Of a stretch of DNA of 64,000 nucleotides, positions 19,725 through 29,572 are shown in pieces. A program made the translations under genes and the position numbers. The stretch's first letter is position 1; each line of letters starts with the position of its first letter. The notes beneath the pieces are model-generated. The model had not been told where the DNA came from. It did not search any database and was given only the letters and a program-made list of their open reading frames with translations. Source of the stretch: an uncultured Bacilli bacterium (GTDB lineage: Bacteria; Bacillota_I; Bacilli_A; RF39; UBA660); NCBI GenBank assembly GCA_934183185.1, contig CAKPSO010000001.1, positions 21,846-85,845 of the forward strand, written 5' to 3'.

Positions 19725-21266
19725 TTATTTTTTACCTAATTCTTCTAGTTTTTTATCTTTATCAATTCTCATAAATAAAGCTTCTGGATTAACAACTTCA
19801 TAAGAATTATCACTTAAGTAAGTTAATTCACTTCTAGAATTATTAATCTGAGTTTTTATCTTTTCACTAGTATCAGGTAAATATGGACTTAGGAAAATAC
19901 CACATACACGAATAGATTCAAGAAGATTATATAAAACTGTTTCCAATCTATCTTTTTTAGTATCATCTTTTGCAAGAGCCCAAGGCATAGTCTCATCAAT
20001 GTATTTATTAGTTCTTCTAAGAACATCAAAAATCTCATCAAGAGCTGCACCTATTTCTAGATTATTCATTTTCTTTTCTACTTTTTCTTCCAAATTATTT
20101 ACCATTAAAATAAGTTCTTTATCAAAATCTTCTGTAACATTTTTATTAGAAACTGTACCATTAAAATATTTATTAGCCATTGAAATAGTACGATTAACTA
20201 AATTTCCTAAAATATTAGCCAAATCACTATTAATTCTCTCAATTAAAAGTTCATAAGTCAAAGTACCATCATTAGCGTATGGTATTTCATGAAGAACATA
20301 ATATCTTATAGCATCTACTCCAAATTCTTTTACTAAATCATCAGCATAGATAACATTGCCTTTAGATTTACTCATTTTTCCTTCACCAACAAGTAACCAA
20401 GGGTGACCAAATACTTGCTTTGGTAGTGGTAAATCAAGGCTCATTAAAAAGCATGGCCAGTAAATAGTATGAAAACGAATAATATCTTTACCTATTAAAT
20501 GCAAATCAGCTGGCCATAATTTATTAAACTCATCACTACTACCATCTGGATCATACCCAATATTAGTAATATAATTAGTTAAGGCATCAAGCCATACATA
20601 AACAACATGTTTAGGATCAAAGTCAACTGGTATGCCCCAATTAAATGAAGTACGAGAAACACACAAATCCTGAAGACCAGGTTTTATAAAATTATTTATC
20701 ATTTCATTTTTCCTAGACTCTGGTTTTATAAAATCTGGATGTGATTCAATATATTCAACCAATTTATCTTGATATTTAGAAAGTTTAAAGAAATAAGCCT
20801 CTTCACTCTTAGGTTGTACCTCACGTCCACAATCAGGACATTTACCATCAACTAATTGACTTTCCGTAAAAAATGATTCACAAGGAGTACAATATAATCC
20901 TTCATATTTGCCTAAATATATATCTCCTTTATCGTACATTTTTTTAAATATTTTTTGAACAATTTTTTCATGATGTTCATCAGTAGTCCTAACAAATCTA
21001 TCATAACTTGTATTCATAATGTCCCAAATATTTTTAATTTCTGAAGCAACACTATCAACAAATTCTTTAGGCGTAACACCTTTTTCTTCTGCCTTTAATT
21101 GAATCTTTTCACCATGTTCATCAGTACCTGTTTGAAAGTAAACATCAAATCCTTTCAATCTTTTATAACGTGCAATACTATCTGCTAAAACAATCTCATA
21201 AGTATTACCAATATGAGGTTTCCCTGATGTATAAGCAATAGCTGTTGAAATATAATATTTTTCCAT
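19725..21266 (-). CDS. metG: Methionine--tRNA ligase (short form without the C-terminal tRNA-binding domain)
   Basis: Class I HIGN motif (GKPHIGNTYE), a zinc knuckle (CTPCESF...CPDCG) and KMSKS (GKMSKSKGN). Start at the MEKYYIST ATG at 21266 with an AGGAGAG RBS. Confidence 0.9.
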   Translation of the reverse strand: MEKYYISTAIAYTSGKPHIGNTYEIVLADSIARYKRLKGFDVYFQTGTDEHGEKIQLKAEEKGVTPKEFVDSVASEIKNIWDIMNTSYDRFVRTTDEHHEKIVQKIFKKMYDKGDIYLGKYEGLYCTPCESFFTESQLVDGKCPDCGREVQPKSEEAYFFKLSKYQDKLVEYIESHPDFIKPESRKNEMINNFIKPGLQDLCVSRTSFNWGIPVDFDPKHVVYVWLDALTNYITNIGYDPDGSSDEFNKLWPADLHLIGKDIIRFHTIYWPCFLMSLDLPLPKQVFGHPWLLVGEGKMSKSKGNVIYADDLVKEFGVDAIRYYVLHEIPYANDGTLTYELLIERINSDLANILGNLVNRTISMANKYFNGTVSNKNVTEDFDKELILMVNNLEEKVEKKMNNLEIGAALDEIFDVLRRTNKYIDETMPWALAKDDTKKDRLETVLYNLLESIRVCGIFLSPYLPDTSEKIKTQINNSRSELTYLSDNSYEVVNPEALFMRIDKDKKLEELGKK

Positions 21267-21276
21267 AATATCTCTC

Positions 21277-21756
21277 CTATCTACCTGTAGAACCAATACC
21301 GCTAGTTCTAACATTATCTATATTTTCTTCATTATCAACCGTTAAGAACTTTGTAAAAACACCCTGACAAATCTTATCTCCCTTTTTTACAACATAATCT
21401 TCAGAACCATGATTTTGTAACTTTAACCATGCATGTCCCTCATTATCTAGATTATTATAATAATCAGATTCAAATACACCAACCTGATTACACATTCGAA
21501 CATTATACTTAAATCCCTGACTACTTCTAACTAAAAGAAACATAACCTCATCAGTATTCATACATATCTTAATACCAGTTGGAATTTTCTTTATTTCACC
21601 AGGTTTCAAAGTAAAATCAAATAAAGATTCAAAGTCATAACCTGCACTATGTTTAGTATTTCTCTTAGGGATATTATATGATTCATATAACTCTTTATCA
21701 TCACCTATATCCTTTTTAAATTGTTCAAAACTAATTTTCTCAAAATATCTTGCCAT
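21277..21756 (-). CDS. dut: dUTP diphosphatase-like protein (dUTPase/dCTP deaminase superfamily, YncF-like)
   Basis: LLVRSSQGFKYNVRMCNQVGVFESDYY...KKGDKICQGVF...RTSGIGSTG aligns with the YncF/phage-type dUTPase motifs (PRSS..., GVID.DY, KGDRICQ, RG.GGFGSTG). ATG at 21756 directly after a GGAGG RBS and the T-box U-run. Confidence 0.6.
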   Translation of the reverse strand: MARYFEKISFEQFKKDIGDDKELYESYNIPKRNTKHSAGYDFESLFDFTLKPGEIKKIPTGIKICMNTDEVMFLLVRSSQGFKYNVRMCNQVGVFESDYYNNLDNEGHAWLKLQNHGSEDYVVKKGDKICQGVFTKFLTVDNEENIDNVRTSGIGSTGR

Positions 21757-21765
21757 ATTACCTCC

Positions 21766-21990
21766 AAAAAAAAGCAACTATTCTAACCACATAAGGACGA
21801 ATAATCGCGGTACCACCTTAATTTATAGTATAACACTATACACTCAATCTCTTAACGCGAGTAACGAATAAATTATAAACAAATTTATTAGCTCCAGAAC
21901 CATTTATTATTGTTTCTCTATATCTACTTTCACCTAATTAGACTCTCTTAAATAGATTCCCAATAACTCTTTCCTTCAGCGCATTTATGC
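21766..21990 (-). ncRNA. T-box riboswitch leader (tRNA-sensing antitermination element) preceding dut-metG. Probable Met (AUG) specifier
   Basis: The minus-strand transcript contains AAUUAAGGUGGUACCGCG at 21807-21824, a 17/18 match to the T-box consensus AAUUAGGGUGGUACCGCG. This is followed by the terminator helix GCGAUUAUUC/GAAUAGUUGC plus U8 at 21766-21773, and then a GGAGG RBS. Upstream stem-I-like region with AGAGA motifs and an AAAUGG candidate specifier. The promoter TTGAAG-17-TATAAT lies at 22018-21995 on the minus strand. Confidence 0.75.
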
Positions 21991-21994
21991 CTGA

Positions 21995-22023
21995 ATTATA
22001 ACATGAATAATTCTATTCTTCAA
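21995..22023 (-). promoter_or_regulatory. Sigma-A-type promoter for the T-box leader (-35 TTGAAG, 17-bp spacer, TG-extended -10 TATAAT)
   Basis: Read on the minus strand: TTGAAGAATAGAATTATTCATGTTATAAT, with consensus spacing. Confidence 0.5.
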
Positions 22024-22540
22024 CCATTTTTAAAAAAATTGAACTTAAAAACCTACCAAACAAATAATCAGTATCTGAAATACCATCATTACTAAATAAA
22101 ATTACTAAACCAATAGCATCACTATCAATAATAATAGGACTAATAAAATATGAACAATTTTCATTTACATTAGGAATAAATTGAACATCTACTTTACTCT
22201 CCTGATTAATATCCATTCGTCCTTCCAACTTAGTAATTAAAAAATTACTAATATTTTGATTTAAATACCTATCTTTCAAATCTGAACTACATGCAATAAC
22301 CATATCATCATTAGTAATGAGAACTTTAGCATTTATAAATTTATTAGTTATTACCACCAATTTATTAGCAATAGAAATCATATCATCCATTAAAGAAAAC
22401 TTTTTTAATACAATAGATGACTCATTAGTAAATATTTCTAATGAATCACCATCTCTAATTTTAAGATTTTTTCTTATCTCTTTAGGAATAACTATTCTAC
22501 CTAAATCATCAATTCTTCTAACAATACCAGTTGATTTCAT
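22013..22540 (-). CDS. spoVT: Stage V sporulation protein T (AbrB-N/SpoVT swapped-hairpin DNA-binding domain plus GAF-like domain)
   Basis: MKSTGIVRRIDDLGRIVIPKEIRKNLKIRDGDSLEIF is near-identical to the SpoVT/AbrB N-terminal domain. The ~175-aa length with a C-terminal GAF-like region fits SpoVT rather than AbrB. Confidence 0.75.
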   Translation of the reverse strand: MKSTGIVRRIDDLGRIVIPKEIRKNLKIRDGDSLEIFTNESSIVLKKFSLMDDMISIANKLVVITNKFINAKVLITNDDMVIACSSDLKDRYLNQNISNFLITKLEGRMDINQESKVDVQFIPNVNENCSYFISPIIIDSDAIGLVILFSNDGISDTDYLFGRFLSSIFLKMVEE

Positions 22541-22606
22541 ATATTCCTCACTTTCTACCATTAGTTTTTCTATAGTAGAAAGAATTATACTAAGAAATAT
22601 ATTTTT

Positions 22607-23236
22607 TTATTTTTCTTCAGTCTTAGAACAAATTTCCTGATATCTTAAATATCCTTCTTTAGCCTTATTAATTAAGTTATTATCTCTAAGTATTAGTTCC
22701 ATATGAATCTTATTTTCTAACTTGCCATACAAACGATTAAACAAATAATCTTGAATTCTTGAAAGCAAAATATCATGTTTATCAAAGTTTTCAAGAGAAT
22801 CTATCTGCTTCATAAAAACATCATAAGCTTTCTTTTGTACATCAGAAATAGAATATTTTTTTAGATCACTTTCTAATACTGTAGTTGTTTTCAAAACAGT
22901 ATCATAATAATTATTTATGTGAGTTTGATCAAACTCCAGTTCTTCTATAACTTTTTCTAATTTAACTTTTTTATTATCCAATAATCGTTCAAACTCACAA
23001 TAACTATCCATTTTTATTTGATTAATAGTATCAGTAATGAATTTTTTACTATCAAATAAATTAGCATCTTCATATATAGATATAATATTTTTTATAGCAT
23101 TATCAAATTCTAAATTAAAAATATTAGTAATGGTTTCTAGCAATGATGTCATGTTTTTTTCTATATCATAACCAAGTGTAGTAATCAAAATTTGTTTATT
23201 TTTTTGTCGAAACATCTCAATGATATCACTATTCAT
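22607..23236 (-). CDS. Hypothetical cytoplasmic alpha-helical protein (209 aa)
   Basis: ORF between mfd and spoVT. No TM helices. No recognisable motifs. Confidence 0.45.
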   Translation of the reverse strand: MNSDIIEMFRQKNKQILITTLGYDIEKNMTSLLETITNIFNLEFDNAIKNIISIYEDANLFDSKKFITDTINQIKMDSYCEFERLLDNKKVKLEKVIEELEFDQTHINNYYDTVLKTTTVLESDLKKYSISDVQKKAYDVFMKQIDSLENFDKHDILLSRIQDYLFNRLYGKLENKIHMELILRDNNLINKAKEGYLRYQEICSKTEEK

Positions 23237-23297
23237 TGTATCACCCTTCTTATTATTACTAATAATAACAGTTTATACGAAAATAGTCAAATGGAAC

Positions 23298-26200
23298 CTA
23301 ATCACTGATTTTTATTTGATTTAATAATTCAATTAAATAATATATATAGTGTTTTTCCAACTTAATTGTATCCAATATGATTATTAGTTGATCATGTAAC
23401 ATTTTAAAGCGAAACATAGGAGTTATTTTAAAAGCATCTACAAATAGCTTTTCGCCATCAATTTTAGCAGTTATATCCTTACTAAATACTAATTCAACAG
23501 AATTCTTATTAGTAATTGTCTTCTCTATTTGTAGTTTTTTAGCTAATTTTTCAAACCATTCTTCATACATATAGATAACAATTGTTTCATCTAATTTACC
23601 AAATCTATCTTCAAGATCAGCTTTTACTTCATTAAGTTTTTCTAACGAATCAATCGTATTAATCTGCTGATGAACAGCAATTTTCAAATTATCATCATCA
23701 GTATACATATCAGAAATGTGAGTAGATACATTTAATAAAGGTTTTTCATTCATTATTTCTTCTTCCTTAACTGGTATTCCCTTTAAATGACTAACTTCAT
23801 CCTGTAACATTTTTAAGTATAAGTCAATTCCAACAGTATCTATGAATCCTGCCTGTTCGCTACCTAAAATATCACCCGCACCACGAATAGATAAATCTCT
23901 AGTAGCTATTGAGAAACCACTACCAAGTTCAGTAAAATCCTTTATAGCATTTAATCTCTTTATAGCTGTATCATTTAACATTTTAGAAGGAGCGTACATA
24001 AGATAAGCATAAGCTATTTTATTACTTCTTCCAACACGTCCACGAATCTGATATAACTGACTAAGCCCAAAACGATCTGCATCTAAAATTATTAGAGTAT
24101 TAGCATTAGCTATATCAATACCAGTCTCAATAATAGTAGTACATACTAAAATATCATATTCACCATTAATAAAAGCTAACATCCTATCTTCAAGTTCTTC
24201 TTTTGGTAATTGACCATGTGCATAAATTATTCTAGCTTCTGGAACTAATTTTTGTATCTCATATACTTTTTTTTCAATACTATCAACACGATTATATAAA
24301 AGAAATACCTGCCCATGTCTAGAAATTTCCTTATAAATTGCATCTCTAATTATTTGATCATTTTCCTCAATAACGTACGTTTGAACAGGATATCTATCAA
24401 CAGGAGGAGTTTCTATCAAAGACAAACTTCTAATGCCAATCATAGACATCTGTAATGTTCTAGGAATTGGAGTAGCAGTTAATGTAAGAACATCAACGTT
24501 AGCCTTATATTCTTTTATTTTTTCCTTATGTGTTACCCCAAATCTCTGTTCTTCATCTATAACTAATAATCCTAAATTTTTTGGTTTAATATCGTTACTA
24601 AGTAATCGATGAGTTCCAAATACTAAATCAATAGTACCATCACTCAATCCATCCAAAATTCTTTTTTTCTCTTTAGCAGAAGTAAAACGATTTAATAAAC
24701 CAATATTAACAGGAAAATCCTTAAAACGAATTAAAGCATTTTTATACTGTTGATTAGACAAAATAGTAGTTGGACATAAATACAAAACCTGTTTAGAATC
24801 CATAACTGCCTTAAAAATAGCTCTAAAAGCTACTTCAGTCTTACCATAACCAACATCTCCACATAATAAACGATCCATTGGTTTTCTAGATTCCATATCA
24901 TGTTTTATCTGTTCAACAGCTAATAATTGGTCCTTAGTTTCAACATATTCAAAATTATCTTCAAATTTTTTCTGTAACTCTGTATCTTTAGAAAAAGCAA
25001 ATCCCTCCTGCATTTCACGTTCTGCATATATTTTTAAAAGTTTATCAGCAATATCATGAATTTTACTTTTAACTCTTGCCTTAATTTTATTCCAGTCAGA
25101 ACCACCCAATTTATTTACTTTAGGTGTTGCACCCTCATTACCAGAGTATTTACTAATTAAATCTATTTTTTCAACTGGTATATACAATTTATCATTGCCA
25201 GCATAAATAACTTCAATATAATCCTTCACTAAAGTACCATGATTTAAAGTTTTAATACCATTATAAATACCAATACCATTTATAGAATGTACAACATAAT
25301 CACCAACATTCAATTTAGAAATATCCTTAATCTTAGAAGCATACTTAAATTTAGTTTTATACTTTTTACGTGATACTTGATAATTAAACAACTCATAACC
25401 AGTTAATACAACAATATCTTGATAAATAAAACCTCTATTTTTAGACTTTAAAATAATATTAACACTACCACGTCTTAAATCATCTTCATCAGTAATAACA
25501 AAGCTAGAGGTTAACTCTTTAGTAAAATTCTTAACTTGAATTTCCTTCAAATAGATGATAACTAAGTTATTAAGATATAATTGTTTATCAATAAAAACAT
25601 TAATGGCATCAATATTCTCATGAAATGGAGCTATTTCTTTCACATCAAGTGAATAAACATGAATTTCTTTATCATTTATTAGATTATCAACAGTAAGATA
25701 GTAATTTAATTTACCTGGATTTAATTCATCAATAGAGAACATATAATTACCATCAAAATCCACATCACTCTGTGAATGATATTCAACTACTTCAGTAAAA
25801 ATATTTTTATATGTAACCTCAAGTTGAGATGGATCTTTATAAAAAGTAATACAATTACCTAGATACTCTAAAAGTGATTGAACACTATCATAAATACTTA
25901 AATATTTTTGTTTTCTTACAGGTACATCTACATCTTTTGATAAAATAAACTCACTATATGGATAAATAATTACTGAAGACATATTTTTCGTTGATTTTTG
26001 AGTATCCTCATCAAAAATTCTGATTGACTCTATATTGTCACCAAAAAACTCAAAACGTACAGGGTGATCCTGTCCTAAAATAAATACATCAACTATAAAA
26101 CCACGTACAGCATACTCCCCAGTTTTAGTAACAACAGATTCCCTATTATATCCAATATTATCTAAATATCTAATAAACTCTTCCTGAGCAAAATCTTGAT

Positions 26201-26591
26201 TACAATTTATAGTTTTTATATTATTTTTATAGGTACCAACAGTAGGTAAAAATCTTAAATACCCCATCAAATTAGTAATAACTATTCCCTTTTTATTACT
26301 AATAATAGAATTTATAGTTTCTAAGCGATTAACCATTAAATCAGGACTTGTAGCTAAAGCCTCGCTAGTTAAAAAATCATCCATAGGAAATAAGTATACT
26401 TTATCCTGATAATTAAGTAAATTATCATATAATTGATTAGCCTCAAACAAACTTGGAGTAACAATTAAAATATACTCATCATTATCTAAAAAGACAGAAT
26501 TAACATAACGACAAAAAACTTCATCTGTAAGATTAGATAAAGCTATATTACTAATATTTTTAGTGGGAATATTTCCTTTAAATATATCCAC
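23298..26591 (-). CDS. mfd: Transcription-repair coupling factor Mfd
   Basis: 1097 aa. UvrB-homology N-terminal modules, RNAP-interacting domain, and superfamily-2 helicase motifs (GDVGYGKTEVA, DEEQRFGV, TATPIPRT). GTG start with an AGGGGTG RBS. Confidence 0.95.
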   Translation of the reverse strand: MDIFKGNIPTKNISNIALSNLTDEVFCRYVNSVFLDNDEYILIVTPSLFEANQLYDNLLNYQDKVYLFPMDDFLTSEALATSPDLMVNRLETINSIISNKKGIVITNLMGYLRFLPTVGTYKNNIKTINCNQDFAQEEFIRYLDNIGYNRESVVTKTGEYAVRGFIVDVFILGQDHPVRFEFFGDNIESIRIFDEDTQKSTKNMSSVIIYPYSEFILSKDVDVPVRKQKYLSIYDSVQSLLEYLGNCITFYKDPSQLEVTYKNIFTEVVEYHSQSDVDFDGNYMFSIDELNPGKLNYYLTVDNLINDKEIHVYSLDVKEIAPFHENIDAINVFIDKQLYLNNLVIIYLKEIQVKNFTKELTSSFVITDEDDLRRGSVNIILKSKNRGFIYQDIVVLTGYELFNYQVSRKKYKTKFKYASKIKDISKLNVGDYVVHSINGIGIYNGIKTLNHGTLVKDYIEVIYAGNDKLYIPVEKIDLISKYSGNEGATPKVNKLGGSDWNKIKARVKSKIHDIADKLLKIYAEREMQEGFAFSKDTELQKKFEDNFEYVETKDQLLAVEQIKHDMESRKPMDRLLCGDVGYGKTEVAFRAIFKAVMDSKQVLYLCPTTILSNQQYKNALIRFKDFPVNIGLLNRFTSAKEKKRILDGLSDGTIDLVFGTHRLLSNDIKPKNLGLLVIDEEQRFGVTHKEKIKEYKANVDVLTLTATPIPRTLQMSMIGIRSLSLIETPPVDRYPVQTYVIEENDQIIRDAIYKEISRHGQVFLLYNRVDSIEKKVYEIQKLVPEARIIYAHGQLPKEELEDRMLAFINGEYDILVCTTIIETGIDIANANTLIILDADRFGLSQLYQIRGRVGRSNKIAYAYLMYAPSKMLNDTAIKRLNAIKDFTELGSGFSIATRDLSIRGAGDILGSEQAGFIDTVGIDLYLKMLQDEVSHLKGIPVKEEEIMNEKPLLNVSTHISDMYTDDDNLKIAVHQQINTIDSLEKLNEVKADLEDRFGKLDETIVIYMYEEWFEKLAKKLQIEKTITNKNSVELVFSKDITAKIDGEKLFVDAFKITPMFRFKMLHDQLIIILDTIKLEKHYIYYLIELLNQIKISD

Positions 26592-26601
26592 AATATCACC
26601 C

Positions 26602-27168
26602 CTACTTATGATTATACTTTGACATCAAATCAGAAAAAGGCATTTTAAAATAGTCATCTAATATATTTAATACTGTATCTTCTACATCAGCTAACTTTAA
26701 TACATCATCCTTAGAAATCTTGCCAAGTACATAATCCTTAGTATCAATATTTTTATTATTAGATATCCCTATTTTTATTCTTTTATATTCCTGAGTCTGT
26801 AGATGTAATTCAATATTCTTAAGCCCATTATGTCCACCACTTGAGCCTTTTTGTTTCAATTTATAACTACCAACTTGTAAGTCTAAGTCATCATTAATAA
26901 CTAATATATCTGAAACATTTATTTTATAAAAATCCACAAACTTGTGAATAACCTCTCCACTCAAATTAATATAAGATTGAGGTTTTAACAAAATAACCTT
27001 TTCATTATTTATAGTTGTATCAACAAATAATCCATTAAATTTAGATTTGTTTATTACTAAACCCAATTTACTAGCATATTTATCTATAGTTTGAAATCCA
27101 ACATTATGACGAGTATTTTCATATTCACGACCTGGATTACCAAGACCTACTATTAATTTCACTATCAT
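26602..27168 (-). CDS. pth: Peptidyl-tRNA hydrolase
   Basis: MIVKLIVGLGNPGREYENTRHNVGF is the canonical Pth N-terminus. The ORF-track TTG start was trimmed. The exact start (ATG at 27168 or a nearby GTG) is uncertain. Confidence 0.9.
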   Translation of the reverse strand: MIVKLIVGLGNPGREYENTRHNVGFQTIDKYASKLGLVINKSKFNGLFVDTTINNEKVILLKPQSYINLSGEVIHKFVDFYKINVSDILVINDDLDLQVGSYKLKQKGSSGGHNGLKNIELHLQTQEYKRIKIGISNNKNIDTKDYVLGKISKDDVLKLADVEDTVLNILDDYFKMPFSDLMSKYNHK

Positions 27169-27187
27169 CACCACCAAAAATTTAGTA

Positions 27188-27209
27188 AATTATTTCCCGG
27201 GAAATAATT
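27188..27209. promoter_or_regulatory. Noc-binding-site (NBS) palindrome AATTATTTCCCGGGAAATAATT (solo copy)
   Basis: Perfect 22-bp palindrome whose core TATTTCCCGGGAAATA equals the published NBS consensus. Lies in the 32-bp gap between rsmI and pth. Confidence 0.7.
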
Positions 27210-28052
27210 TTAATTATTTATATGATATTCTTTATACACTACTGATTTAGGAATATTTCTTTCAACTGCTACTTTTTTTATTGCTTCTTTTTCGCTTAAA
27301 CCATCATCTAAATAAAGCTTAATATGTTCTAAAATAGTCATAGTTGAAAAATCTTCTAGTTCCAAATTACCCTCAACTACTACAACCATCTCACCCTTTA
27401 ATGTATCAACTACATCAATTACTTCCTGAATAGTACCACGAATTGCTTCTTCATATTTTTTACTGATTTCCCTACATAAAGCAATTCTACGATTACCAAA
27501 TACTTCAAGCAAAGAAGTAAGCATATCAGATATTCTATGTGGAGCCTCATAAAAAATAATTGTATAAGGAAGCTTTTTTAAAAGTTCAAGCTCTTTTTTT
27601 CTCTTAGTACTCTTACTATTTAAAAAGCCATAAAAAATAAAAGGAGATGGATTAATACCTGACATAGTTAATGCTGGTACAAAAGCAGTAGGTCCAGGTA
27701 AACTTATAACATTATACCCATTTTTAACAATATATTCAACAATTTTATATCCAGGATCACTAATAATAGGTGTACCCCTATCGGTAACTAATCCAATGTT
27801 TAAGCCATTTTTTAAATTTTCAAGAACCATCTCTTTTAGAGAATTTTCATTATGATCATCAGAATGAATTAGTTTTTTCTTAATATTCAATCTATGTAAT
27901 AATTCAGATGTAACTCTAGTATCCTCACATAATAAAAAGTCTACCATTTTTATAACCTCAATAGTTCTCAAAGTTATATCGTCCATATTACCAACCGGTG
28001 TTGGTATTAAATACAGACTAGGACTATTATCATAACTTTTTTGTCTCACCAT
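27210..28052 (-). CDS. rsmI: 16S rRNA (cytidine1402-2'-O)-methyltransferase RsmI (YabC)
   Basis: Tetrapyrrole-methylase fold signature LYLIPTPVGNMDDITLRTIEVI...CEDTR. Synteny with yabB and yaaT. Confidence 0.85.
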   Translation of the reverse strand: MVRQKSYDNSPSLYLIPTPVGNMDDITLRTIEVIKMVDFLLCEDTRVTSELLHRLNIKKKLIHSDDHNENSLKEMVLENLKNGLNIGLVTDRGTPIISDPGYKIVEYIVKNGYNVISLPGPTAFVPALTMSGINPSPFIFYGFLNSKSTKRKKELELLKKLPYTIIFYEAPHRISDMLTSLLEVFGNRRIALCREISKKYEEAIRGTIQEVIDVVDTLKGEMVVVVEGNLELEDFSTMTILEHIKLYLDDGLSEKEAIKKVAVERNIPKSVVYKEYHINN

Positions 28053-28063
28053 AACCATCTCCA

Positions 28064-28783
28064 TTATTCAAACATATTTGTTACCTCAGATGTATAATTA
28101 CCATCCTCTTCATGAACATATAAAGGAGGTAATATTTTCAGACCAGGATTTCCGTTTTTTCTACCCTCAACTAAAACCATATTTGATTCACTATTTTTCT
28201 TAGGATAAATAAGGCGTACCTTTTTTACTTCTAATCCATATTTTTGAAACAAATTAAATATTTCGACAAGTCGTTCAGTTCTATGAACGATGGCCAAAGC
28301 ACCATTATTTTTAAGTAAATATTTAGATATACTCAAAACTTCTTCCAAAGTTATCATTTTCTCATGACGTGCAATAACCTTATGCTCATCATCATTTAAA
28401 TTACTTGTTTTTAAATATTTAAAATATGGCGGATTACAAGTAATTACATCAAAACTATCACCTTGATAAATACTTTTAAGATTTTTCATATCAATATTTA
28501 ATAGTTCTATCTGATTTTCAAGATTATTATATTTGACACTTTTTAAGGCCATATCATACGAATCCTTTTGAATTTCTACACCAACTATATGAGCATCAGT
28601 TTTAGTAGAAAGAATCAAAGGAATAGGTGCATTGCCACACCCCAAATCAAGAATATTTTTAACATTTTTATTAATAGTCACAAAGTTTGGTAATAATACA
28701 GAGTCTAAAGAGAATGAAAACCAATCAGTATTCTGAAATATCTTTAAATCATGATAACCTAACAAATCATTTAATACTTCCAT
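28064..28783 (-). CDS. tRNA (adenine37-N6)-methyltransferase-like protein (YabB/TrmN6 family, NPPY motif)
   Basis: SAM motif DLGCGNAPIPLIL and catalytic CNPPYF. N-terminus aligns with B. subtilis YabB from the internal ATG at 28783. Confidence 0.7.
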   Translation of the reverse strand: MEVLNDLLGYHDLKIFQNTDWFSFSLDSVLLPNFVTINKNVKNILDLGCGNAPIPLILSTKTDAHIVGVEIQKDSYDMALKSVKYNNLENQIELLNIDMKNLKSIYQGDSFDVITCNPPYFKYLKTSNLNDDEHKVIARHEKMITLEEVLSISKYLLKNNGALAIVHRTERLVEIFNLFQKYGLEVKKVRLIYPKKNSESNMVLVEGRKNGNPGLKILPPLYVHEEDGNYTSEVTNMFE

Positions 28784-28784
28784 A

Positions 28785-29567
28785 TTAGATTTCAACCTCA
28801 ATTATATTTTTATTTTTTGTCTCTACCATAATAGTTTTCCTCATTAAATTTAATGAAATTACTTTGCCTTCTACATTATTATCTCTATAAATCTGTCCAA
28901 CACGTGGAAAATCCTTTTTCATGTCAGTATAAATATCATCTTCATAATTTAAGCAACACAATAATCTACCACAAACACCATTAATCTTAGTAGGATTTAA
29001 GGCTAACATCTGATTCTTAGCCATATTAATTGATACACTATTAAAATCAGTAAGGAATGTACTACAACATAAAAATCTACCACATGGTCCAATACCACCA
29101 ACTTCACGGGCCTTATCACGAACACCAATTTGTCTAAGTTCAATACGCGTTTTATAAATTTGAGCCAATTTTTTAGCTAACTCCCTGAAATCAACTCTTT
29201 CATCAGCAACAAACTGAAATAAAAGTTGATTACGGTCATAAGTAAAACTTGCATCAAAAATATGCATCTTTAAATTTAAAGATTTAGCTAATTTGCGTGC
29301 TTCTATTATAGCCTTATTACTATCATCCAAATTTTTAAAATAATTTTTCTGATCTTTATCAGTAGCTAATCTAATCACATTCTTAACTGTTAAGCCTAAA
29401 TCACTATCGTTCATAAATTTTGGTTCAATAACTACTAAACCATATTGTAACCCACGATCAGTTTCAACAATTACAGAATCATTTAAATGTAAGTTTGCTA
29501 CATTATCACAATTAAAATAATAAGTTTTGGTATTTTTTTTAAAACGAACCCCGACAATATTAGGCAT
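28785..29567 (-). CDS. ricT: Stage 0 sporulation protein YaaT / RicT (PSP1 domain)
   Basis: MPNIVGVRFKKNTKTYYF matches the YaaT N-terminus (MYEVVGVRFKKAGKIYYF). C-terminal Cys cluster (CGRFLCC, CGRLLCC). ATG at 29567 with a GGAAGGTG RBS. Confidence 0.8.
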   Translation of the reverse strand: MPNIVGVRFKKNTKTYYFNCDNVANLHLNDSVIVETDRGLQYGLVVIEPKFMNDSDLGLTVKNVIRLATDKDQKNYFKNLDDSNKAIIEARKLAKSLNLKMHIFDASFTYDRNQLLFQFVADERVDFRELAKKLAQIYKTRIELRQIGVRDKAREVGGIGPCGRFLCCSTFLTDFNSVSINMAKNQMLALNPTKINGVCGRLLCCLNYEDDIYTDMKKDFPRVGQIYRDNNVEGKVISLNLMRKTIMVETKNKNIIEVEI

Positions 29568-29572
29568 ACAAA

